DNA of 64,000 nt, taken from positions 3,327 to 67,326 of the forward strand of contig JBNPEG010000032.1 in assembly GCA_051117555.1 (NCBI GenBank), given 5' to 3'. The translations under genes and the position numbers were made by a program. Of the stretch, positions 8,879-17,956 are shown in pieces; position 1 is the stretch's first letter, and the number at the start of each line of letters is the position of its first letter. The notes beneath the pieces are model-generated. The model was given only the letters and a program-made list of their open reading frames with translations. It was not told where the DNA came from and did not search any database. This DNA is from Elainellaceae cyanobacterium. GTDB lineage: Bacteria > Cyanobacteriota > Cyanobacteriia > CAZCXK01.

Positions 8879-10054
8879 CTAGAAAAAGTCGGGCATCCAA
8901 GGTTCTGTGCTGCTGAAAAGCTGAGTGGCGATCGCCATGCTGGTGTCTGTGCCAGTCAGATAGCCTGCGAGCTGGAGTTGATGGGGCGAGAAAAGTCCAG
9001 AATAGAGCGACGCTAATCCTCGGATATCGATCGACAGCTCAGCCTTACCTCCCGGCATGACGGCCCCCTTTCCATTTGTAACGGACAACGTTAACGGGCC
9101 ATTATTCTCAGGAATTAAATCATCGTGAACGTTGAGATGCAGCTCATTCTCTAAACTAGGGGGATAGCCCCGCGACTCCAAAGCGCTGGATACATCAATG
9201 ATTCGTAGCATCCAGCGATCGCTAAACCGAGATTCCCAGCGCTGTTCTGGCAACAGAAGGGTGAGAAAATCTGCCGAGCCGCCTTTCCAGTAGATAGTGT
9301 CAATCTGGGAGCGATGGGATGCTAAAAAGGCCCAAATGCTTCGCCCCGCAGCATTCGTTAAGGTTGCCCAATCTCGAATATTGAGTGTTGTTCCCTCTGA
9401 AGTTCGTTTTTGATCAAAGATGAGATACCCTTCTGGGTCAGACGGTGAACCGAAACGATAGACATAGAGGGACTGTTGTTCTTCAACCTGCAAGAGTTCT
9501 TGCCAGAGGCAAGGGTGGCGATCCAGATTTCCGTTGTGGCGGTGCGCCTGTCTCTGATAAATCGGTTGAACCCAATCAAGATTCGGCGAGATAGCTTGAA
9601 CGGGCAGCACCATGTCTCGAAGCTGAATGTGATCGGGGATAATCTTCCAACCGCAGTGTGTTCCGCCCTGCTCGTAACCTGCTTTGCGATACAATCGCTG
9701 AGCTGCCGGATACAGGGCAGATAATGCCATGCCTTGCTGATAAAGCTCTTTGATCATCTGCTGCATAAGGGCGATCGCCGCACCAGAGCTCCGATATTCA
9801 GGAGCAATGCCGACCGAGGCAATTCCAACCATAGGCACGCGCTGCCCCCCATACCACTGCCCCATCGGAATCATCGACAGCCCGCCGAGCAGCTCATGGG
9901 CGCGATAAATCGCCCGAAAGTTTTGCATCCCAATGCGATCGATGTAGCGAGATTCGATTCCTGGAGGACTGATGAAGCACTGAGTCAAAAGTTCTCCGAG
10001 TTTCTGTGCCTCGCCCGAATCGCTCAGCGGTTGGTATTCAAACTGAGAAGTCAT
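8879..10054 (-). CDS. Eis-like GNAT N-acetyltransferase with a C-terminal SCP2-like domain
   Basis: About 390 aa with a GNAT core (VGIASVGIAPEYRSSGAAIALMQ) and Eis-family length and organisation. The ATG at 10054 is preferred over the TTG at 10069. Confidence 0.65.
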   Translation of the reverse strand: MTSQFEYQPLSDSGEAQKLGELLTQCFISPPGIESRYIDRIGMQNFRAIYRAHELLGGLSMIPMGQWYGGQRVPMVGIASVGIAPEYRSSGAAIALMQQMIKELYQQGMALSALYPAAQRLYRKAGYEQGGTHCGWKIIPDHIQLRDMVLPVQAISPNLDWVQPIYQRQAHRHNGNLDRHPCLWQELLQVEEQQSLYVYRFGSPSDPEGYLIFDQKRTSEGTTLNIRDWATLTNAAGRSIWAFLASHRSQIDTIYWKGGSADFLTLLLPEQRWESRFSDRWMLRIIDVSSALESRGYPPSLENELHLNVHDDLIPENNGPLTLSVTNGKGAVMPGGKAELSIDIRGLASLYSGLFSPHQLQLAGYLTGTDTSMAIATQLFSSTEPWMPDFF

Positions 10055-10071
10055 ACATTGGGCACCCAATC

Positions 10072-10110
10072 TGATTCATGCATGTGATTCATGCATGTGA
10101 TTCATGCATC
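10072..10110. repeat. 13-bp direct repeat x3 (TGATTCATGCATG), each with a CATGCATG palindrome
   Basis: Read directly. It lies immediately upstream of the GNAT start. Confidence 0.85.
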
Positions 10111-10192
10111 AGTGTAGGTTAGTTTGCGGGCAGGGGGAATAACCTGTTTGGGGGAACGGTGAGGGACAGGGTGAGGTGGATAAGAAAACTAG

Positions 10193-11377
10193 TTAGGAAT
10201 TAGGAGTTGAGTCGAGGATGGTGGCGATTTGCTGGAGCAGTTTGCTCTGCTCTTGGGCGATCGCTTCCAACCGATTGAGTCGCTGCATGAGTTCTTGATG
10301 AGAGTGGGGGGAAAGCCGTTGGGCGGCTGCCTCATATGCCTTTTTAGATGAAAATAGCGCAGATTGTTGAGTACGCATCGCATCGAGCGGGCTAGAGCGT
10401 CGAATCAACCGTCCGCCCAAGGTATAGGGAGCATCCACCGCTGCAAACCAAAGCGTACCCGCGCGACGACCGATCGCCCGCACTAACCCCCACGTCAAAA
10501 ACACCGTAATGAATATGAGAACACCTGCCAAAATCGGATGATGAATCATCCACGCCAGACCAGGATGGGTTTGCAGCCAGTGCTGAGGAATATCGAGAGA
10601 GGTTTGCACCGACTCAGCCATCTGATGATTGAATTGATCGACCTGCTCAATGGTTCGACTAACGGCAGATTGGGCTTGCTCACCTAGACCCTCAAGGCGA
10701 TCGCCCGCTTGATCGGATACCTCTGACAGGGTTTGGACGACCTGATTGGATGTGTCTGATAGGGTTTGAGCGACCTGATTGGATGTGTCTGACAGGGTTT
10801 GGACGACCTGATTGGATGTGTCTGATAGGGTTTGAGCGACCTGATTGGATGTGTCTGACAGGGTTTGGACGACTTGATCTTTGGTTTCGATCAGGTCTGA
10901 TCGAGTCTGGTTAGCAACATCCCTCGCATTATCCTGAATCTGATGGGTCGTATCAGTCAGCATCCTCTGGGCTTGCGCCGTTCTTGCGGTGACAGTATCC
11001 AACGTGCGATCGCCCGCGTCTAAAACCCGGTGGCTCAACGCCGCCGTTTGGTCCTGAACGGTATCCCACACCCGACGAACGTTTTCAACCGCGTCAGAAC
11101 TCGGTAATGGCTCACTCTCGGGAGAGGGCGGCGAGTCAGGTGATGGACTAGTTTGCAGGGCAGTTTGAGTTCGATCGAGCGTCTCCGATACGACCTCAAT
11201 CGATTGCTGTTTTGTCTGGGCAAAGACGCTCAGCGCATGGTCTTTTAGATCAGCGAGGCGATCGCGGACATCATGCAAGCGTTCGGTAAGGCTAGTTTGA
11301 GGGGGCACATTAAGCCAGTACTGACGATAAAGAAACAAAGATTGCATAGACAACATGATCAGAGGAGGGGTAAACAT
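10193..11377 (-). CDS. Repeat-containing membrane protein (11-residue amphipathic repeats, C-terminal TM helices, coiled-coil tail)
   Basis: There are five tandem 11-aa units (SDTSNQVVQTL / SDTSNQVAQTL). TM segments follow (HPILAGVLIFITVFLTWGLV). No family was recognised. Confidence 0.55.
   Translation of the reverse strand: MFTPPLIMLSMQSLFLYRQYWLNVPPQTSLTERLHDVRDRLADLKDHALSVFAQTKQQSIEVVSETLDRTQTALQTSPSPDSPPSPESEPLPSSDAVENVRRVWDTVQDQTAALSHRVLDAGDRTLDTVTARTAQAQRMLTDTTHQIQDNARDVANQTRSDLIETKDQVVQTLSDTSNQVAQTLSDTSNQVVQTLSDTSNQVAQTLSDTSNQVVQTLSEVSDQAGDRLEGLGEQAQSAVSRTIEQVDQFNHQMAESVQTSLDIPQHWLQTHPGLAWMIHHPILAGVLIFITVFLTWGLVRAIGRRAGTLWFAAVDAPYTLGGRLIRRSSPLDAMRTQQSALFSSKKAYEAAAQRLSPHSHQELMQRLNRLEAIAQEQSKLLQQIATILDSTPNS
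10723..10887. repeat. Intragenic 33-bp tandem repeat x5 (two alternating variants, 66-bp higher order)
   Basis: The unit CTGACAGGGTTTGGACGACCTGATTGGATGTGT and its variant encode the 11-aa repeats. Confidence 0.9.
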
Positions 11378-11708
11378 TCGAGCCAAGATTAATTCGAGCC
11401 AAGATTAATGACACGCTTCGCAGAACAACATGTCGAACTGCTCAACGCATCTCCAGTTTGCCGAACGAATTCCCCAATGTGAAAGATTATTTCTGCAATT
11501 AACGGCATTCCTTATCGTTGCCTAATCGTTCTCTGAATAAATTGCACAAGACTTTACAGACAAGTCTCCGGTCGCCTCGAATCCAGACATGAAGAATTAA
11601 TAAGCAAACGCACGCGCTGTGGATGTGAGCATCACAGAGCCCCTCTGATTACGCCTGATCGGTTTACTAAGTCAGCAGTCTTGAAAGATCTCAAGGAGAT
11701 AACACATT

Positions 11709-13466
11709 ATGCTGCACGATTTTTGGAGGGCAAGCCGCCGTCGCATGGCTAAAATTCCAGAATCGTCCGCTCGCCAAAACCGAATCTGGACACTACTGGC
11801 GCGGTGGGGACGATGGATCAGTCTGGCAATCCTGTCATCATTACTGGCAGTCGGATTCGCCATCTATTTTGAGCCATTCACGTTTGCACAATCAAACCGT
11901 CTCATTCAGCCGCCTTTATCGGCTCAAGGGTCAACGATTGTCGATTCTCAAGGTCAGACCGTTCTTCTGAGAGGCGTTAATTGGTTTGGGTTAGAAACCG
12001 AGAATCAGGCACCCTTTGGGCTTCAGGTTCGAGACTATAAAGAGATGCTGTCGCAGATTCGCGGCTTAGGATATAACGTGATTCGGCTGCCCTATTCGCT
12101 TCAAGCAATCCGCAGCAATTCAACAAACGGAATTGATTACAGCATCGGAAATAACCGCGAGTTGCAGGGCAAATCTCCGCTTGAGGTGATGGATGCTGTG
12201 GTTGAGGAAGCTGACCGCCAAGGGCTGATGATTTTGCTCGACAGCCACACGCTGAGGAATCAATATATTCCTGAACTTTGGTACGGCGACGGCTATACCG
12301 AAGACGATTGGATTAGTACCTGGACGATGTTGGCGCAGCGATACCGCAACCAGCCCAACGTAATCGGTGCTGACCTAAAAAATGAGCCTCACGGACGAGC
12401 AAGCTGGGGAACGGGCGATCGCGCGACAGATTGGCGACTTGCTGCCGAACGTGCCGGAAATGCCATTCTTGCGGTCAACCCAGACTGGCTGATTGTGGTT
12501 GAAGGGGTCGAAAATAATGTGCCGGGACAACAGCTCCAGATTCATTGGCAGGGTGGAAATCTTGAAGGCGTGCGGCAGTTTCCGGTGCGGCTTAATCCGC
12601 GCAAGCTCGTCTATTCGCCCCACGAGTATGGTCCGGGTGTGTTCAATCAGCCCTGGTTTTCTGAGCCAGAGTTTCCTCAAAATCTGCTTGAACGGTGGGA
12701 GATCGGCTTCCATTATATTGCCGCTGACGGCATCGCGCCTATTTTGATTGGAGAATTTGGCGGACGACGGGTTGATGCTCAGTCTACCGAAGGCATCTGG
12801 CAGCGAGCCTTAGTAGATTTCATCAAAGAAAATGATTTGAGTTTTACCTATTGGAGCTGGAATCCCAATAGTGGCGATACGGGCGGCATCTTGCTGGATG
12901 ACTGGCAAACACTTAACGAACCTAAACAACGGCTATTAAACCGACTGTTGCCCGTTCCCGGACTGACGCGAGGTCCTGCTGAAGTGCGATCGCCCAGCCC
13001 AATGCCCAGCCCCTCTCCCTCAACTCGCCAACCGTCTCCGTCGTCGAGCCCGACGCCTCAACCCCCACCATCGTCATCTCGCCCGACTCCCCCACCAAGT
13101 CCGACTGCCTCACCGAGCCCAACTCCATCACCAAGCCCGACGCCTCCACCCGTGTCCACTTCAGGATCAGGGTTGAACGTCGTTGCACGCATTCAGTCAG
13201 ACTGGGACGCCGGATTTTGCGCTAGCTTTCAGGTCACTAATCCAGGGTCTTCACCGATTAATCGAAGCTGGCAGCTCACATTTCGCATGAATCAGGCTGA
13301 CATTAATAGCAGTTGGAACGGTGTCTTTAACCGGCAAGGAACGCAATATACCGTCACGCCTCCTGATTGGGCGCAAACGGTTTGGGGCGGGCAGACCGTT
13401 GATATTGGCTTCTGTGCCGATAAGCGTGGAACCGATTATCGCCCAACCAATGTGAGATTGCGGTGA
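11709..13466 (+). CDS. GH5 endoglucanase (cellulase) with an N-terminal membrane anchor, P/S/T linker and C-terminal CBM2-like module
   Basis: GH5 motifs are GVNWFGLETE, the acid/base region DLKNEPHG, and the nucleophile region GEFGG. A PSPTPSPSP linker follows. The C-terminal segment is CASFQVTNPG...W...CADK, like a CBM2 with two Cys. Confidence 0.8.
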   Translation: MLHDFWRASRRRMAKIPESSARQNRIWTLLARWGRWISLAILSSLLAVGFAIYFEPFTFAQSNRLIQPPLSAQGSTIVDSQGQTVLLRGVNWFGLETENQAPFGLQVRDYKEMLSQIRGLGYNVIRLPYSLQAIRSNSTNGIDYSIGNNRELQGKSPLEVMDAVVEEADRQGLMILLDSHTLRNQYIPELWYGDGYTEDDWISTWTMLAQRYRNQPNVIGADLKNEPHGRASWGTGDRATDWRLAAERAGNAILAVNPDWLIVVEGVENNVPGQQLQIHWQGGNLEGVRQFPVRLNPRKLVYSPHEYGPGVFNQPWFSEPEFPQNLLERWEIGFHYIAADGIAPILIGEFGGRRVDAQSTEGIWQRALVDFIKENDLSFTYWSWNPNSGDTGGILLDDWQTLNEPKQRLLNRLLPVPGLTRGPAEVRSPSPMPSPSPSTRQPSPSSSPTPQPPPSSSRPTPPPSPTASPSPTPSPSPTPPPVSTSGSGLNVVARIQSDWDAGFCASFQVTNPGSSPINRSWQLTFRMNQADINSSWNGVFNRQGTQYTVTPPDWAQTVWGGQTVDIGFCADKRGTDYRPTNVRLR

Positions 13467-13487
13467 TGCATGACGAATGATGGATTA

Positions 13488-13672
13488 ATACCAATTCTCG
13501 ATTTTGGATTGGCGATTTTGGATTGACGGCCAGCAGCCTTACAAGGGTTCTGGCCTATTCATGTGTAGCCTTACTTTGAAGAATTGGTATAAAATCGTCG
13601 CCTCATCAGGATTCTGCAATCCAAAATCCAAAATCCAAAATCCAAAATCCAAAATCCAAAATCCAAAATGGT
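13488..13672. repeat. Inverted heptamer arms (GATTTTG / CCAAAAT x6) flanking a 90-bp core hairpin
   Basis: The left arm ATACCAATTCTCGATTTTGGATTGGCGATTTTGGATTG faces the right arm (CCAAAAT)6GGTAT. The internal stem is GGCCAG...CTGGCC. Confidence 0.8.
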
Positions 13673-13749
13673 ATAAGGGGGCTCAGTTCGTTCCCGTCTG
13701 CTTCAGTTCCATGGCACACTCATGAGAAGCGTCTACCCATAGCTTTTGT

Positions 13750-15228
13750 ATGGACTCAACTCTGATTTTGCCGAACTATATCAACGGTCAGTGGTGCAAA
13801 TCCGTATCTTCAGACCCGTTAGAGGTTGTCAATCCCGCGACTTTAGAGCGTTTGGCGCAGGTTCCTCTCTCGACTGCGGATGAGGTCAACCAAGCAACTG
13901 AGGCAGCGCAGAAAGCATTTCACACCTGGCGACGAACACCCGCAACCAAGCGCGTTCGTTATTTGTTTGCCCTGCGCGAATTGCTCGAACATCACTTTGA
14001 CGACCTTGCCCGCACGATCACAATGGAGTGTGGCAAAACGCTGGCAGAGTCACGGGGGGAGATGTGACGAGCCGTTGAAAATGTAGAAACGGCATGCGGC
14101 ATTCCGATGATGATGCAGGGGTATAACTCAGAAGATATTGCTCGCGGCATTGATGAAATGATGATTCGTCAGCCGCTAGGAGTCACCGCAATCATTTCGC
14201 CGTTTAACTTTCCGGGTATGATTCCTTTCTGGTTTATGCCCTATGCGATCGCCTGCGGAAATACTTGTCTGATCAAGCCATCCGAGAAAGTACCGCTGAC
14301 GATGCACACGGTATTTGAACTGCTTGATCAGCTTGAGTTGCCTCCGGGCGTTGTGAATTTAGTAAATGGCGACAAGACAGTAGTAGACGCAATCTTAGAC
14401 CATCCTTTGATTCGTGCCGTCAGTTTTGTCGGGTCGAGTCCGGTCGCGAAGTACGTATATGCTCGCGCAGCCGCCAACGGGAAGCGTGCCCAGTGCCAAG
14501 GCGGAGCCAAAAATCCGGTCATCATCTTACCCGATGCCGATTTAGATATGACCACGCGAATCTTGGCAGACAGCGCGTTTGGCTGTGCGGGACAGCGGTG
14601 CCTAGCTGCTTCAGTGGCGATTACAGTCGGGGAGGCAGACAAGCCGTTTACTGAGGCGATCGCCACGGTTGCTGAATCTCGGGTCGTCGGGTACGGATTG
14701 GAGGATGGCGTAGAAATGGGAACCGTCATCTCGGCTCAGAGCAAAGCTCGCATCGAAGAACTCATTGAACACGGAGCAGACGAGGGGGCCACGGTTCTCG
14801 TAGATGGGCGACATCCGAAAATTGCAGCGTATGAACAGGGATATTTTGTGCGTCCAACGGTGTTAGAGAATGTTGATCCCACCGGAGAGATTGCTCGCAC
14901 CGAAATATTTGGCCCGGTGCTGAGCCTGATTCACTGCAAAACCATCGACGAGGCGATCGCCCTGGTTAATCAAAGTACCTATGGCAATATGGCCTGTTTA
15001 TTTACAAGCAGTGGCGCAGCCGCCCGCAAATTTCGCTATGAGGCCGAAGTCGGCAACATCGGCATCAACATTGGCGTAGCAGCGCCCATGGCATTTTTTC
15101 CGTTTAGCGGTTGGAAAGAGAGCTTCTTCGGCGATCTGCACGGGCAAGGGCAGCATGCCGTCGAGTTTTTCACCCAAACCAAAGTCGTAGTTGAGCGATG
15201 GCCCCACGAATGGTCGCGGCAATTTTAG
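13750..15228 (+). pseudogene. mmsA: Methylmalonate-semialdehyde dehydrogenase (CoA-acylating) interrupted by one in-frame TGA at 14065-14067
   Basis: ORFs 13750-14067 and 14107-15228 are in the same frame. Read-through gives ...[26 protein letters not shown]..., a continuous ALDH sequence of about 492 aa with the catalytic GQRCLA. Confidence 0.75.
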
Positions 15229-15242
15229 TGAATTGGCGTCCG

Positions 15243-17372
15243 TTACATCAGCATTTCTTCACGCACCACGTCTTGATTTTGCCCTTCGATATTCACCTTA
15301 AAGCGTTCAGGTGAGATTGCCACTTGGATCAGTTTATGCTGGCAAATCCACGATAGATACTTGAGGGCTGCCTTACGCCGTTTGCCCAGCAGTTGAGGTT
15401 CGTTGACCCGTGCCCAGCCTGGAATTTTAGTGATCGGTTTGGTCGTCCGGGCTTCCGCCAGTTCGGCTTCTAGATCCGATGGTGGAAACTGTTCAATGCC
15501 TAACTCTTGAGGAGAGGTTTCGAGCAGAGAATCTAACATGCCTTCAAACCCCAAAAACGCCAGACGATAGAGCAGGAGTTTGCAAAATCGACCTGCAAAG
15601 TAGCCTCCATGCACATCGCGCCCCTTGGGAAAGGATGATTCATCCTGAAATGATGCATACGCCAGAAGTAATTTGGCGTAGCCCATCAGGCGAATGGGGG
15701 ATTTTTGATGATCAAGGGTTAAGACGTTGAAGATTTTCCCCCGATCTTTGCATGCATAGTCGGTGTAGTCTCGATATTCGGTGCAGTCAAAGTAGGTAAA
15801 TAAATCAGCGATCGACTCATCATCAGTTGCAACAGGCTCAAGGGCAACCGAGTCCTCCTCTTCCACACGGCTGACAGGATCGAGGCTTTGATTTTGATTT
15901 TCGTTGAGTGCGCTAATTTCTAGATAGGGCAACAGGTGATGGCTTTTATCTCGAAGCAGTAAATCTAAATTGACGACGCCATATCCCCCAGCATTCTCTT
16001 TGCCGTCAGCACCTCGCATCTGAGATCGAATGGTTACATTGCCCAGCCGATAACCCTGCAAACGGCTTCTTGCCGGAAATGAAAAATAATTGGCGGCTGT
16101 TGATGCAATTCGGAGGGCTAGATCGCCTTCATTGCTAAATAGATAGGCTTCTTCAAATCGACGGAGAGATGACCGCAGAAAGTTAGATCGCCCTGACGTG
16201 ATTGCCAGCACTGGAATATCAGGCGAAACCAAAATTAATCGACCCAGAGAAAAAACCCGCCCAACTCTCGGAGACGGCAACTTGCTAGAGCTTGCTCCTC
16301 CGACTGCCCCCACTGACCTTGGATCAAACACATCCGATAGAATTCGAATGGTTTGAGTCGTCACATGCCCGCCCATGCTGTGCCCGATGAATGAGAGTTT
16401 AATGGGGTGATTGTCCCAATAGAACCGAGCCTTTTCAAGCTCATTTCTTTCCAGCGTCGCGATGCGGTCGATCAGTTCGTACAGCGTATCCTGATTTAAA
16501 TCGGATGCAAGCTCAGGAATCGCCTTCATGAGGCTCTCTAAAAACCGAGCGCTGCGCGGGTCATCCCGCTTAATAGACAAATCCGGGCGAATGGCGAGCT
16601 GGTCTTTGATGATGTGTAGTGACGTTTTGAGCACCGAATCATCCACGTTGTAGAGCGTGGACATATCACTTTTTAACTGATTAGCCAGGTTTTCATCAGT
16701 TAGGGTTTCATTGACCTTACATTCAACGAGCCCCTGGTCGAGTCGTCTGATGAGTTCAACCAAGTCTGTCACTCCAAAATTGGTTGCCCGGTAGGTATCT
16801 CTGAAATAGACCGAAATTCGTAAGAAATATAGGCAAAAGACAAGCGCAAAGAGCAACGCGCCACCCCCGATTAGAATGGCAAGTAGAGAAATGTTGGTTG
16901 CAAAAATCAGAATCAGTGCAACCAAGGCGATGCTAAACCCTCCGTAAATCAGCACACTGAGCAAAAACGGCAGGGCTGCTAGGGCTTCTTTCCGAGTTGC
17001 GCTTTTCTTAAGACTTTCAGAGGGCCAACGATAGCCTAAATACACCAATCGATTCGTTTGAGTTTGAATAAATCGATCCTCAGTATTGACGTAGTGGCTG
17101 AGGGGTTTGTACCACGAATCTAAAACGCCATCATTGCCTTGGTCATCGGGGCCAGTGTTATAGCCGTGAATCGTCAACACCAGTCCAGATTCGTCCCCGG
17201 ATTGGCTATTTTTATATAAGCATTCGATGATTTCTTGAATACTAGTCTCGTTTGCTTCCGTGACAATTCTCTCGACATCTTCTACGTTGAAGGGTGCTGT
17301 GCTGGTGACGAGGTAAGACGGAACAGCAACATTGTCGCGCTCATTGAACAAACGATTGATGACAATATCCAT
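15243..17372 (-). CDS. Membrane-inserted alpha/beta hydrolase (DUF900-like) with a large C-terminal domain of unknown function
   Basis: The segments LVLTIHGYNTG ... LGYRWPSES ... nucleophile elbow SFIGHSMGGHV are split by about 60 hydrophobic residues (2-3 TM helices). The start is probably MDIVINR (17372). Confidence 0.6.
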   Translation of the reverse strand: MDIVINRLFNERDNVAVPSYLVTSTAPFNVEDVERIVTEANETSIQEIIECLYKNSQSGDESGLVLTIHGYNTGPDDQGNDGVLDSWYKPLSHYVNTEDRFIQTQTNRLVYLGYRWPSESLKKSATRKEALAALPFLLSVLIYGGFSIALVALILIFATNISLLAILIGGGALLFALVFCLYFLRISVYFRDTYRATNFGVTDLVELIRRLDQGLVECKVNETLTDENLANQLKSDMSTLYNVDDSVLKTSLHIIKDQLAIRPDLSIKRDDPRSARFLESLMKAIPELASDLNQDTLYELIDRIATLERNELEKARFYWDNHPIKLSFIGHSMGGHVTTQTIRILSDVFDPRSVGAVGGASSSKLPSPRVGRVFSLGRLILVSPDIPVLAITSGRSNFLRSSLRRFEEAYLFSNEGDLALRIASTAANYFSFPARSRLQGYRLGNVTIRSQMRGADGKENAGGYGVVNLDLLLRDKSHHLLPYLEISALNENQNQSLDPVSRVEEEDSVALEPVATDDESIADLFTYFDCTEYRDYTDYACKDRGKIFNVLTLDHQKSPIRLMGYAKLLLAYASFQDESSFPKGRDVHGGYFAGRFCKLLLYRLAFLGFEGMLDSLLETSPQELGIEQFPPSDLEAELAEARTTKPITKIPGWARVNEPQLLGKRRKAALKYLSWICQHKLIQVAISPERFKVNIEGQNQDVVREEMLM

Positions 17373-17895
17373 AATCTGCACCTTTAAAGAAAATCTTGAC
17401 GGAGACTTAACGGAGAGCGATCGCCTCACTATCGTGTCACGCCATTTCCAGTTCTCATAGTTCCCAACATGTCACCGAAGCGGGTTGGATTTGAACGTAT
17501 GAACAAAATTTACTGCGTTCTAACCGCCAAGTGAGCTTGGATGAGCTTTTCTTTCTGTGAATAAATATTGCGAAGTATGATCGTTGGACCTGATCGCCGT
17601 CGTGTCAACGGGGTTGAGTTGGAGCTTGAGCTAGAGCTAGATAGAGTGATGTGTAAGAACTAAAACAAACATGAACTTGGTAGTGTCCTGTGCCGACACA
17701 TCCTAATCTAGAGATTACGAAACGTGCAAATCCCTGTATTAGCCTGAATCGTTTAGTCATTTTCAAGAATTCGGTTAGGTTGCGCCATAGTCCTCTGGAA
17801 TAGTCCTCTGAAAATGATGTTCAGACCTTAAGAGGATTAGTACTCATCACTGTGCGCCCGACGATCGCGTTCGGTCTTGGCAGCGCTCAATAATT

Positions 17896-17937
17896 CTGTT
17901 CAACCCTTTCTGTTCAACCCTTTCTGTTCAACTATTT
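17896..17937. repeat. 14-bp direct repeat x3 (CTGTTCAACCCTTT) 20 bp upstream of the M4 protease start
   Basis: Read directly. This is a possible operator or iteron. Confidence 0.8.
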
Positions 17938-17956
17938 CAGATAAAGAGAGAATTCA

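Noticed and set aside
12922-13188. An 88-aa antisense ORF within the GH5 gene. Similar antisense or alternative-frame ORFs in the track lie inside argJ, NDH-2, mmsA, the ABC1 kinase and other genes.
   Set aside because: All are nested in or opposite to genes with strong family motifs, and none has independent support.
13504-13725. A 73-aa ORF containing KSKIQNPKSKIQNPK.
   Set aside because: It is generated by the CCAAAAT heptamer array in the intergenic region between the GH5 and mmsA genes.
14065-14067. TGA as selenocysteine or a reassigned sense codon. This applies to the mmsA TGA and to the other in-frame TGA codons at 22954, 23245 and 26297.
   Set aside because: TGA clearly terminates conserved genes here, for example the TpsB gene at 2519-2521 and DUF1802 at 30835-30837. 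The interrupted positions do not correspond to one common residue type, the mmsA site is not the catalytic Cys, and I see no SECIS-like hairpin immediately downstream. Pseudogenisation or sequencing error is more likely.
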